From an uncultured Gemmatimonadales bacterium (GTDB taxonomy: Bacteria > Gemmatimonadota > Gemmatimonadetes > Gemmatimonadales > Gemmatimonadaceae), in contig CAVPQB010000004.1 in NCBI GenBank assembly GCA_963707505.1, positions 608,001-672,000 on the forward strand: DNA of 64,000 bases. Direction: 5' to 3'. The notes under the pieces were generated by a model. The model was given only the letters and a program-made list of their open reading frames with translations. It was not told the origin of the DNA and searched no databases. The position numbers and the translations under genes are program-made. Below, one piece after another: positions 1 through 10,461 of the stretch (its first letter is position 1; each line of letters begins with the position of its first letter).

Positions 1-314
1 TTGACGAACGGAGTCTGCGTAACGAACAGATCCGGACGCTCCGGCCAATCCAGTGTTTCCAGGACTTCCATATACAACGCATGGAGCCTCGGCCGCTGGC
101 GCTCGTTGACGCGCACGGAGTCCGCCGTGAATAACTGACGCACTCCGCGCTCACCGAGGAAGCTCATCACCCTGCGCACGAGCTCGTCGAGTCCGGGGAT
201 CGCGCGCAACGTCTGCAGCGCTGCGCGGTCGGCTGGGTGTTCCCACGCTACGGGAGCGATGCCCGTGAGCGTGCGTCGCGGCGACGGAGCGGGAACTGGC
301 AGTTCGCCCGTCAT
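1..314 (-). CDS. M48-family Zn metallopeptidase, N-terminal part (runs off the window start)
   Basis: Manual translation from ATG at 314 gives MTGELPVPAPSPRRTLTGIAPVAWEHPADRAALQTLRAIPGLD...LFVTQTPFVN. The WEHPADR N-terminus is typical of this family. ATGA overlap with the upstream stop. Not in the ORF track because it is truncated. Confidence 0.75.
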   Translation of the reverse strand, partial: MTGELPVPAPSPRRTLTGIAPVAWEHPADRAALQTLRAIPGLDELVRRVMSFLGERGVRQLFTADSVRVNERQRPRLHALYMEVLETLDWPERPDLFVTQTPFV

Positions 315-1474
315 CTGAGAGCCTGATCCAGGTCGGCGATGAGATCGCCGACGTCTTCGACTCCGCACGACAGGCGCACCAGTCCTTCGGTAATTCCTAG
401 CGCGGCGCGGCGCGCCGGTTCGACCGAGGCGTGAGTCATCTCAGCAGGGTGATTGATCAGGCTCTCCACGCCACCGAGGGATTCGGCGAGCGAGAACACG
501 TGCACTCGCCCGAGCACCCGAGCAGCGGCTTCGCGACTCCCGGTTTCGACCGAGATCATTCCGCCGAACCCCTTCATCTGCTTCACTGCCAGCGAGTGCT
601 GCGGATGCGATTCGAGTCCCGGATAGAAAACCTTGTCGTCACCCATGCGCTTCGCCAGCCATGTAGCGATCTCGCGGCCGTTGCTGTCGTGCCGCTCCAT
701 GCGCAGGTGCAGCGTCTTGGTGCCGCGCAGGACGAGCCATGCGTCCATCGGTCCGGGGACTGCGCCTGACGCGTTGAGTATGAACTGCATCCGCGTTGCG
801 AGCTCGTCGTTGTCGACGAGGGCGATTCCGCCGATCATGTCGCTGTGACCGTTGAGATACTTGGTCGACGAGTGCCAGACGATGTCGGCGCCGAGTGTGA
901 ACGGTTGCTGCAGGTATGGCGACGCGAACGTGTTGTCGACGATGAGCAGCGCCTTGTGCGAATGGGCGATGTCGGCGGCGGCCTGGATATCGGTGAGACG
1001 CATGAGCGGGTTAGTCGGCGTCTCGATGATTATTGCGGCGGTTGCGCTGGTGCACGCGTCTGCGATGAGCTGCGGATCGCGCGTGTCCACGTACGAGAAT
1101 GTCATGCCGTAGTTGCGCAGGATCTTGTCGAACAGTCTGTATGTGCCGCCGTAGACATTCTCGCCCACGACGAAATGATCACCGGACTTGAACAGCTTCA
1201 TGATGGAATCGAGGCAGCCCATGCCGCTCGAGAAGGCGAAGCCGTATTTCGCGCCTTCGAGTGCGGCGACGTTGCGCTCCAGCGCTTCTCGCGTGGGATT
1301 GCGTCCGCGCGCGTATTCGTATCCCTTGTTGACGCCGAGTCCCTCCTGGACATATGTGGAGGTCTGGTAGATGGGCGTCATGATCGCGCCCGAAAGTGGA
1401 TCGGGGCGCTGGCCGGCGTGGATGGCTCGGGTCCCAAAGGCGGCGGACATGTCCTCGTCGAAGATCTTCGTCAT
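311..1474 (-). CDS. metB: Cystathionine gamma-synthase/gamma-lyase (Cys/Met PLP-dependent enzyme)
   Basis: YARGRNPT, ETPTNP, DNTFASP, SSTKYLNGHSD (PLP lysine), AESLGGVESL. Synthase versus lyase cannot be resolved. Confidence 0.85.
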   Translation of the reverse strand: MTKIFDEDMSAAFGTRAIHAGQRPDPLSGAIMTPIYQTSTYVQEGLGVNKGYEYARGRNPTREALERNVAALEGAKYGFAFSSGMGCLDSIMKLFKSGDHFVVGENVYGGTYRLFDKILRNYGMTFSYVDTRDPQLIADACTSATAAIIIETPTNPLMRLTDIQAAADIAHSHKALLIVDNTFASPYLQQPFTLGADIVWHSSTKYLNGHSDMIGGIALVDNDELATRMQFILNASGAVPGPMDAWLVLRGTKTLHLRMERHDSNGREIATWLAKRMGDDKVFYPGLESHPQHSLAVKQMKGFGGMISVETGSREAAARVLGRVHVFSLAESLGGVESLINHPAEMTHASVEPARRAALGITEGLVRLSCGVEDVGDLIADLDQALR

Positions 1475-1532
1475 GGCAGGGGGTTGGATCGGAAGCTAGA
1501 ATACCACTTAGAAATATGAGGGAGGTGATGAC

Positions 1533-2561
1533 GTGACGGCGCCTGAGCCGATGTTTTGTGTCATCGCGGACGATGAACCTCGCCTGCGGCAGGTGCTTGT
1601 CCGCCTGATGACCAGCGACGGCTTCACGTGCCTCGAGGCCGCAGATGGCGTCGAGGCGCTGGAGCGGCTGGACTCCGTGCCGGCGGCCCTCCTGCTCAGC
1701 GATCTTCGGATGCCGAGGATGGACGGTATCGAACTGCTGCGCCAGTCTCGGGCGAAATACCCCGATCTGGCCGTGATTCTCATCACCGCTGTTGCCGACG
1801 TCGAGCTCGCCCTGAGCTGCCTTGCGAGCGGCGCGATGGATTATCTCACCAAGCCGTTCCACCTCGAAGAGGTGCTGGCGCGGGTGGGGCAGGCGATGGA
1901 GAAACGCCGGCTGATTCTCGAGAATCGCGATTATCAGAACGGGCTGGAGCGGCTGGTGGCGACCCAGGCCCGCCGGCTGGAGGAATTGTTCCTGGGCGGC
2001 GTTCAGGCGCTAGTGCAGGCCCTCGAGGTCAAGGATCAGTACACCCGGGGACATTCGATTCGCGTGAGCCAGTATTCGTCGCTGTTGGCGCGTGAGATCG
2101 GGCTTTCGGAGTCGATGGTCCGGCAGATCGAGCTTGGCGGTCAGGTGCACGACATCGGGAAGATCGGAGTGCGCGAGGCGGTGCTGAACAAGGAAGGCCC
2201 ACTCACGGACGAGGAATACCAGCACATCATGACGCATCCGATGCTGGGGTGGCAGATTCTATCACCGTTGCTTGGCGAGGAGCCCGTCGCACTCAGCATG
2301 GTGCGATCGCATCATGAGCGTTTTGATGGCCGTGGCATTCCGGACAAACTTGCCGGAATGGATATTCCGATGGAAGCGCGTATCGCCGGCATTGCCGACG
2401 CGTTCGATGCAATGACGAGCGGCCGCGCGTACCGCCGCGGCCGCTACATGTCCGCTGAAGATGCTGTTGCCGAGATCACGCGGTGTTCTGGTACACAATT
2501 CGATCCCGAGCTTGCGCCGGCATTTATCAAAGTGATTCGGCGCGAAAAGCTGGCGAGCTAA
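1533..2561 (+). CDS. Response regulator with HD-GYP c-di-GMP phosphodiesterase domain (RpfG-like)
   Basis: REC domain (ADDE, DLRMPRMDG, KPF) followed by HDIGKIG and HHERFDGRGIP. Confidence 0.9.
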   Translation: MTAPEPMFCVIADDEPRLRQVLVRLMTSDGFTCLEAADGVEALERLDSVPAALLLSDLRMPRMDGIELLRQSRAKYPDLAVILITAVADVELALSCLASGAMDYLTKPFHLEEVLARVGQAMEKRRLILENRDYQNGLERLVATQARRLEELFLGGVQALVQALEVKDQYTRGHSIRVSQYSSLLAREIGLSESMVRQIELGGQVHDIGKIGVREAVLNKEGPLTDEEYQHIMTHPMLGWQILSPLLGEEPVALSMVRSHHERFDGRGIPDKLAGMDIPMEARIAGIADAFDAMTSGRAYRRGRYMSAEDAVAEITRCSGTQFDPELAPAFIKVIRREKLAS

Positions 2562-2606
2562 AGTCACTCCACACGGCAAATATTGCCGTTTTTGGACTGG
2601 GCAACC

Positions 2607-2621
2607 TGGCACCGTTAGTGC
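2607..2621 (+). promoter_or_regulatory. Putative sigma-54 (-24/-12) promoter of the PEP-CTERM gene
   Basis: TGGCACCGTTAGTGC fits GG-N10-GC, about 190 nt upstream of the ATG. Confidence 0.45.
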
Positions 2622-2807
2622 CATAGCGTACATCACAACATCGCATCGTATCAGCGTTTTCATGGGAGAAACGCGAAAATGCGCGCGATTGTGAGGACAC
2701 AAATTGTTGTTCGTGCGCGACACTTCCGTTGCAGCAGCGCTACAGCATGTGTGTGCCACCTGCCTCGGCAGGCGACACAAAAAACCATACTCCAATGGAG
2801 CGACCAG

Positions 2808-3404
2808 ATGGGATTTGCCACCAAGATCGCCACCGCTGCAGCCTTTGCTGTCATGACCGCTGCGTCTGCCAGTGCCCAGCAAGCAGTGACGTTCAGCACG
2901 ACCGGCTGTTTTTCCGGCACCCCGACTAGCGGCTGCACGCATTCGTCGGCAGATGGCTTCTTCAGCTTCACGGGCGCGGGAAGCAGCTCATATAACCTCA
3001 CCAGCGGGGTTGCCCAGACGGTGAACCTCGGCCTGTTCGCGGTGTCTGGACCAAACACCGGACCTGGTGTCAATGACAACTTCAACCTGTGGCTGGCATT
3101 TACCAATCCGACTGGCGTGACGCAGACTGATGCCGCGACGGTTTCGGGCAAGCTTCAGGGCGCCAACAGTGTGACGCTCAACTTCGCCAACAATGGAGTG
3201 CAGAACGTGTTCACGTATGCTGATGGCGGCACGTTGAAGCTCTCAGTCGCCGATCACGTGTTCCCGAGCGCAGGGTCGGCCCAGGTGCAGGGCACGCTTC
3301 TCTACACTGCAGGCACCATCACGTCCACGCCCGAGCCAGGCTCCATGGCGCTCCTCGCCACCGGCCTCGTCGGCCTCGTGCCAATGGTGCGTCGTCGCAA
3401 GTAA
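2808..3404 (+). CDS. PEP-CTERM sorting-domain exoprotein
   Basis: Signal peptide MGFATKIATAAAFAVMTAASASA and C-terminal TPEPGSMALLATGLVGLVPMVRRRK. Confidence 0.9.
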   Translation: MGFATKIATAAAFAVMTAASASAQQAVTFSTTGCFSGTPTSGCTHSSADGFFSFTGAGSSSYNLTSGVAQTVNLGLFAVSGPNTGPGVNDNFNLWLAFTNPTGVTQTDAATVSGKLQGANSVTLNFANNGVQNVFTYADGGTLKLSVADHVFPSAGSAQVQGTLLYTAGTITSTPEPGSMALLATGLVGLVPMVRRRK

Positions 3405-3466
3405 TTCCATCGCATGAACCGATAACCGCACCGGCTTCGGTTCTTCGCTGTACCACCTAGATTTGA

Positions 3467-3503
3467 CTGATGCCCGTGCTTTCCGCGCGGGCATCAGCTT
3501 TTT
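3467..3503 (+). terminator. Rho-independent terminator after the PEP-CTERM gene
   Basis: CTGATGCCCGTGC-TTTCC-GCGCGGGCATCAG stem followed by CTTTTT. Confidence 0.7.
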
Positions 3504-3508
3504 AAGAC

Positions 3509-4888
3509 ATGGCATCCTATCCAGGCTTGATGGTAAGTGTGTCCGGCGTGCGCGGGCGCGTCGGCGAGGCGTTGACTCCGGAGATCGTCTCCAGATTCGC
3601 CGCCGGATTCGGAAGTTGGGCGCTTTCGCGCGACTCATCGAAAAAAACGATCGTACTCGGCCGCGATAGCCGGGTGAGCGGACCGATGTTCCATCATGCG
3701 GTGATAGCTGCGCTGGAAAGTGTGGGCGCTCAGATCATCGACGTCGGCGTCGTTCCAACCCCTACGATTCAGCTCGCGGTCGAGCATCACCACGCAGCCG
3801 GCGGACTAGGCATTACGGCGAGCCACAATCCGATCGAGTGGAACGCACTCAAGTTCATCGGGTCATCCGGGCTGTTTCTCGACGGTGATGAAGCCCGCGA
3901 GATGCGCGCAGTTGTCGAGAGCAATTTCCCGCGCGCGACGTGGGATGAACTCGGCACCATCGAGCGCGATGACGCGGCGATAGAGCGACACATCAGCGCG
4001 ATACTTGCTCTGCCGTTCATCGACGTGGATGGCATCCGTGCACGCAACTTTCACGTCGCGCTCGACTGCGTGCGCGGCGCGGGCGGGCGTTTCATGCCGA
4101 ACCTGTTCGACAGACTAGGCTGCGAAGTATCGTCGATCAACATGGAAGTCGACGGCCGCTTTCCGCGTCCACCGGAACCGGTTGCCGAGAACCTCGGCGA
4201 GCTCGAAGCGCTCGTGCGCAGCAGCGGCGCAGTGGTCGGATTCGCAGTCGATCCGGACGTCGATCGTCTCGCGCTCGTGTCAAATGACGGAAAGGCGATC
4301 GGCGAGGACTACACGCTCGCACTCGCGGCGAGCGTCGTGCTCGGCCATCGTGCGGGTCCCGTCGTAACGAATCTCTCGACGAGCAGAATTGTTGATGATG
4401 TAGCCGAGCGCGCGGGACGCACGGTAGTGCGCGCTCCCGTTGGGGAAGTGAACGTCGCGACACGCATGCGTAGCGAGAAGGCGGCGATCGGCGGTGAAGG
4501 AAATGGCGGCGTCATTCTCACGGAGATGCATCTCGGACGCGACGCACCGGTGGCTATTGCATTGATCCTGCAATTGCTGCATCAGGAAAACCGTCCGCTC
4601 TCCGCGATCGTGAGCGACTATCCGCGATACTCCATCGTGAAGGACAAGCTCGATCTTCCATCGGCGCCTCTGGATTCTGTATACAACAGCCTGCGCGCCG
4701 CATTTCCAGATGCGACCGTCGATACTCAGGACGGAATGCGACTGTCATGGCGTGATCGATGGGTCCATGTAAGACCATCGGGGACCGAGCCGATCGTGCG
4801 CGTCATTGCGGAAGCACCGACGCAGGCCGATGCGCGTGCGCTCATTCGCGCGGGTCGAGAAGCTGTCGAGAAGCTGTCAAATTCGTGA
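3509..4888 (+). CDS. glmM: Phosphoglucosamine mutase
   Basis: TASHNP phosphoserine loop, DPDVDR metal loop, GGEGNG and RPSGTEP; linked to glmS. Confidence 0.85.
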   Translation: MASYPGLMVSVSGVRGRVGEALTPEIVSRFAAGFGSWALSRDSSKKTIVLGRDSRVSGPMFHHAVIAALESVGAQIIDVGVVPTPTIQLAVEHHHAAGGLGITASHNPIEWNALKFIGSSGLFLDGDEAREMRAVVESNFPRATWDELGTIERDDAAIERHISAILALPFIDVDGIRARNFHVALDCVRGAGGRFMPNLFDRLGCEVSSINMEVDGRFPRPPEPVAENLGELEALVRSSGAVVGFAVDPDVDRLALVSNDGKAIGEDYTLALAASVVLGHRAGPVVTNLSTSRIVDDVAERAGRTVVRAPVGEVNVATRMRSEKAAIGGEGNGGVILTEMHLGRDAPVAIALILQLLHQENRPLSAIVSDYPRYSIVKDKLDLPSAPLDSVYNSLRAAFPDATVDTQDGMRLSWRDRWVHVRPSGTEPIVRVIAEAPTQADARALIRAGREAVEKLSNS

Positions 4889-5017
4889 GTTGAAATCCGA
4901 GCAGGATTGCGTGTAGCATTTTCACATTTCGCGCGTACTATTCAATGGAAGGGTTACTGCGCGGGGCACGCAGATTGCCCTGAGTTGGGGAGAGATGAAT
5001 TCACCCACGAGGTGGTT

Positions 5018-6298
5018 ATGAGGATGGCAGCACTTATTGCTTGCGTCCCACTGATGGCCGGCGCGCTCGGTGCGCAGACCACGACCAGCGACCGATTGCC
5101 GGGTCAGGGAGGGCAGGGTCTCACGCTGATGCTGCTGCCGCCGTCGCCGGAGACACACCAGCCGATACGTTACGTGCTGAACGAACCTGCATACGTTGCT
5201 GCCTTCCTCGTTTACCCAGGCGCAGGCGTGCGTCTGCTCTATCCGCTGGTCAATCAGTCTGAAAAACTGCACAGATCCGGATACAACACCGACGAGCTGA
5301 TCGGTGCGTCGTTCGACAACGACATCTACAACGTTGTTCTGGGGCCCAACGCTCACGGCGACGGACCGGTGTATCTCTACATGGTCGCATCAAAGCGCCC
5401 GCTCGATGTAGCGCGATACGTGCACAAGCCGATGACTCTCGCATCCGCCGTCGGCGAAAAGGAATCGCGGTCATTCTATTCCGACGTCGCATTCGACGCT
5501 CTGCTCAACAATGCGGTCTCACTGGGCGACGACGACTCGTGGGATTCCGACGTGTACATCCTGTGGCCGAGCGTCGATGGCAGTGCGCGTGGACGGACGC
5601 AACTCGCTCGCGTTCTGTGTGCGGACGGCATGGCTCGCGACGTTCCGATCGACTACCCGTTCTCCGGGTGTCCGGGGCAGCAGCACATTCGTCCGATCGC
5701 GCAGGTAGTGCGTCCGGTGCCGCGCACGGCTGTGGCGGGTGCGCAGTTCGCGGCGCCCTCCTTCGCCAATGCGCCGACCGTACTTCCAACGATCGTCGGT
5801 GATCGCGCCGCTGCCGCCCAGCAACGCGCTGCACGGGCGCGGGCAGGCGAGGGGCAGGGACCGATGATCATCACCGCCGCCAATGGTGATGAGGCTGTGG
5901 CGCAGGCCGCTACGTCGGCCGCGGCGGAGGGCTCTCAGGTGGAGCTGTTCGAGGGATCCGGACGAGCGCATGATCGTGCGCGGCGCGAGGACAACGGTCT
6001 GCGCACGCCATATTCGCCGGAGCAAAGACAGGAGTGGCGGCATCAGCACCCGGACGCCCGTATTGGCGGATCGCCGACGCTGGCGCCCAACCCGCGTCTT
6101 TCGCCGAACCCCGGACTCTCGCCGAACCCCGGACTCTCGCCGAACCCGGGCATGGGTGACCATCAGCGGTCGGCGCCGAGATTCGAGGCGCCTCGATCGA
6201 TGGGCTCGAGCCCGCCGCCGATGCGGAGCGCGCCCCCGGTCGGCCAGCTGCCGGCACCAAGCAAGGGAACCAGCATGCCAGCGAAACAGGATCACTAG
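5018..6298 (+). CDS. Secreted hypothetical protein (DUF4384-like N-terminus, Pro-rich disordered tail)
   Basis: GAGGTGG RBS, signal peptide, GVRLLYP and YLYMVASKRP motifs, low-complexity tail. Confidence 0.6.
   Translation: MRMAALIACVPLMAGALGAQTTTSDRLPGQGGQGLTLMLLPPSPETHQPIRYVLNEPAYVAAFLVYPGAGVRLLYPLVNQSEKLHRSGYNTDELIGASFDNDIYNVVLGPNAHGDGPVYLYMVASKRPLDVARYVHKPMTLASAVGEKESRSFYSDVAFDALLNNAVSLGDDDSWDSDVYILWPSVDGSARGRTQLARVLCADGMARDVPIDYPFSGCPGQQHIRPIAQVVRPVPRTAVAGAQFAAPSFANAPTVLPTIVGDRAAAAQQRAARARAGEGQGPMIITAANGDEAVAQAATSAAAEGSQVELFEGSGRAHDRARREDNGLRTPYSPEQRQEWRHQHPDARIGGSPTLAPNPRLSPNPGLSPNPGLSPNPGMGDHQRSAPRFEAPRSMGSSPPPMRSAPPVGQLPAPSKGTSMPAKQDH
6080..6151 (+). repeat. 18-bp in-frame tandem repeat encoding LAPNPR-(LSPNPG)3
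   Basis: TCGCCGAACCCCGGACTC at 6101 and 6119, near-copy at 6137, degenerate copy upstream. Confidence 0.85.
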
Positions 6299-6462
6299 GA
6301 AGGGTGTAATTGAGTGTCAGCGGGCGGGTGATCGGTCCCAATCGATCATCCGCCCGTCCCGCGTCCTGGCGTAGCCACCCATGCGCGCGACCTCTAAATT
6401 GGGCAGTACGTGGCAGCCGCCCTAATTCGGGTGGCCTATCCCCAAACAAGAAACAAATATTC

Positions 6463-8289
<1,827 letters not shown>

Positions 8290-8295
8290 CGGGCA

Positions 8296-9000
8296 TCAGA
8301 CCGCGCGACACACGAGCTGATCGTGAACGAAGGTGTCGGGCCGGTCGATGAGTCTCGCTCCATTTTCGGAAAGTGTTACCGCGCGACCGGTCGCGCGGCG
8401 CACATAACGCAACGCCACCATGCGTTCGAGGATGGCGGCACCCAGCGAGCCGGCGAGGTGGGTGCGTCGCTCACTCCAGTCGAGGCATGGACGACACAGC
8501 ATTCTTCGCCTAGCGCGCAGGGCGTGGAGATCGATTCCCAGCGCGGTGGCCCATGTCTCCCCGCGTGGACTGAGCGCAAGCGAGTCGTCATCGCCAACCA
8601 GCAGCGCGTGCTCCCTGAGCCGCATGAGAAGCCGGACGGCGGTCTCGCCGGCAAGATGATCGTAGCAGACGCGCGCGTGGCGTAGGGCGGGATCCCGCGG
8701 TCCCGTCGTGATCCTGGAGCCGCCGGAATTGGCCAGATTGGCCATGCCTTCGAGCATCTCGGCCACTTCTGGACGCGCAATTCTGAAGTAGCGGTGGCGG
8801 CCCTGGCGGGCCACCGAGACGAGTCCGGCTTCCATCAGGCGGCCTAGATGGCTGCTGGCAGTTGACGCCGTCACGCCGCCATCCAGGGCCAGTTCCGTGG
8901 CAGTGAGGGCCTGGCCGCGCATCAGCGACATCAACATGCGGCCTCGAGTGGGATCCGCGATCGCGCCGGCCACGAAGGCCATGTCGGGGGTGTCGAGCAT
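8296..9000 (-). CDS. ArsR/SmtB-family transcriptional regulator (RxCYDHLAG / CLDWSERRxHLAG type)
   Basis: wHTH STASSHLGRL...RQGRHRYF plus the named C-terminal motifs. Confidence 0.88.
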   Translation of the reverse strand: MLDTPDMAFVAGAIADPTRGRMLMSLMRGQALTATELALDGGVTASTASSHLGRLMEAGLVSVARQGRHRYFRIARPEVAEMLEGMANLANSGGSRITTGPRDPALRHARVCYDHLAGETAVRLLMRLREHALLVGDDDSLALSPRGETWATALGIDLHALRARRRMLCRPCLDWSERRTHLAGSLGAAILERMVALRYVRRATGRAVTLSENGARLIDRPDTFVHDQLVCRAV

Positions 9001-9001
9001 A

Positions 9002-9019
9002 CTTCGATGGTAACCGAAG
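9002..9019. promoter_or_regulatory. Putative operator palindrome between the divergent regulator and the PEP-mutase-like gene
   Basis: CTTCG-ATGGTAAC-CGAAG directly abuts the regulator start codon. Confidence 0.55.
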
Positions 9020-9053
9020 CATGGTCGCAGGGGAAGGTTTACGTTCTCGGACG

Positions 9054-9914
9054 ATGACATGGCACTCCCGCGCCGCGGCTTTCCGCGCTCTGCATCACGG
9101 TCCGACGATTCTCGTGGTTCCAAACGCATGGGACGCGGTCAGCGCGCGTCTGTTCGAGATGGCGGGATTCGGCTGTGTCGGGACGACGAGCGCGGGGATC
9201 GCATGGTCGCTCGGATATCCGGACGGACAGAAAATTCCGCGCGATGAGATGGTTGCGGCGGTCGAGCGAATCGTGTCTGCTACGAATCTGCCTGTAACAG
9301 CCGACATCGAAGCGGGTTATGGGGTTTCGCCGGCATCTGTCGCAGAAACGGTGCGGCTGGCGATCGACGCCGGCGCTGTTGGCGTGAACATCGAGGATGC
9401 AACTGGCGATGGCGGCGATTCACCGTTGTTCGAGATATCGCTGCAACGGGAGCGGATAGCTGCTGCGCGGGAGGCGGCGGACAGCGGCGCAGGTCGCGGT
9501 GAGGGCGCTGTCGTGAACGCACGAACTGACATGTTCTGGCTTTCCGTCGGTCATGAAGAGACGCGGCTGGAGCGTTGTCTCGAGCGGTTGGAGGCGTTTC
9601 GTGCTGCCGGTGCGGATTGCGTCTTCGTGCCGCGCGTGCAGAGCCCGGACGTCATACGTGACATTGTGAAACGCGCGGGTTTGCCACTCAATGTGCTTGC
9701 GAGTGCCACCGGGCCTGAGGTTCGTGCTCTCGAGAAGTTGGGTGTCGCGCGTGTGAGTGTCGGATCCGGGATCGCCCGAGCGGCTGCTGCTGCGGTGCAG
9801 CGCGCCGCTCGGGCGTTATCGTCTGGCAGCTTCGCTGAATTTCTGGCCGATGCAGTCGGCTACGCGGAGATGGACTCGCTCTTCGCTGAGGCACGCACCA
9901 CCGCGACGCGATAG
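9054..9914 (+). CDS. Isocitrate lyase/phosphoenolpyruvate mutase family protein
   Basis: PNAWD, TTSAG, ADIEAGYG, NIED, NARTD and AGADCVF motifs. Confidence 0.9.
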   Translation: MTWHSRAAAFRALHHGPTILVVPNAWDAVSARLFEMAGFGCVGTTSAGIAWSLGYPDGQKIPRDEMVAAVERIVSATNLPVTADIEAGYGVSPASVAETVRLAIDAGAVGVNIEDATGDGGDSPLFEISLQRERIAAAREAADSGAGRGEGAVVNARTDMFWLSVGHEETRLERCLERLEAFRAAGADCVFVPRVQSPDVIRDIVKRAGLPLNVLASATGPEVRALEKLGVARVSVGSGIARAAAAAVQRAARALSSGSFAEFLADAVGYAEMDSLFAEARTTATR

Positions 9915-9924
9915 CGTCACGGAG

Positions 9925-10131
9925 CTATCGCGTCAGTGCGTAATAAACGACGTAAAACCAGGAGAAGAACCCCTGGATGATGGCCCAGATGATGGAGTGG
10001 TGCTCGCTCCATGAGATGACGATCGCCAACGCGGAGCCGAAGCTGGCGCCTGCCTTGGCCGCCTGCATCGTTCGGTTGACCGGTCCGCGGCGGCGCGGCT
10101 CGTCGTCGTAAACGTCTCCGCTATAGCTCAT
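9925..10131 (-). CDS. Small membrane hypothetical protein (68 aa)
   Basis: Hydrophobic GASFGSALAIVISWS...WAIIQGFFSWFYVVYYAL; ATGA coupling to the upstream gene. Confidence 0.65.
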   Translation of the reverse strand: MSYSGDVYDDEPRRRGPVNRTMQAAKAGASFGSALAIVISWSEHHSIIWAIIQGFFSWFYVVYYALTR

Positions 10132-10403
10132 CGATCCTCCATGCCGACGGGTACGCGCGCACCATCACTGAGCAGCTTCGTGCTGAAGCGCTGGCCTTCT
10201 GCGATTCGCTCAACTTCAACGGCGATCGCATCGAGCGACTGTTGAAGCTGAGCGAATTGCTCGTCATAACGCGGCTGCGGAAGCTGTGCAGGATCCTTTC
10301 GACGGAACGCGCGCAACGTCCACGTGCCGATGACTGCAAGGCAGCCGAGCGAGAGCACGCACACGACCATCACGAAAGCAAAGGTTATTGCATCAGGATC
10401 CAT
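10128..10403 (-). CDS. Small single-TM protein with coiled-coil tail
   Basis: GGAGGG RBS, N-terminal TM segment, LQQSLDAIAVEVERIAEGQRFSTKLL. Confidence 0.7.
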   Translation of the reverse strand: MDPDAITFAFVMVVCVLSLGCLAVIGTWTLRAFRRKDPAQLPQPRYDEQFAQLQQSLDAIAVEVERIAEGQRFSTKLLSDGARVPVGMEDR

Positions 10404-10461
10404 GGATTCCCTCCGTTGACGGCATCAGTGCCGAATAATACTCCCGGATCCTGAGCGTTCC

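Noticed and set aside
6310..6462. N-terminal extension of GlmS, or a canonical glmS ribozyme
   Set aside because: GlmS needs Cys at position 2 (ATG 6463), and the ribozyme core sequences are not seen.
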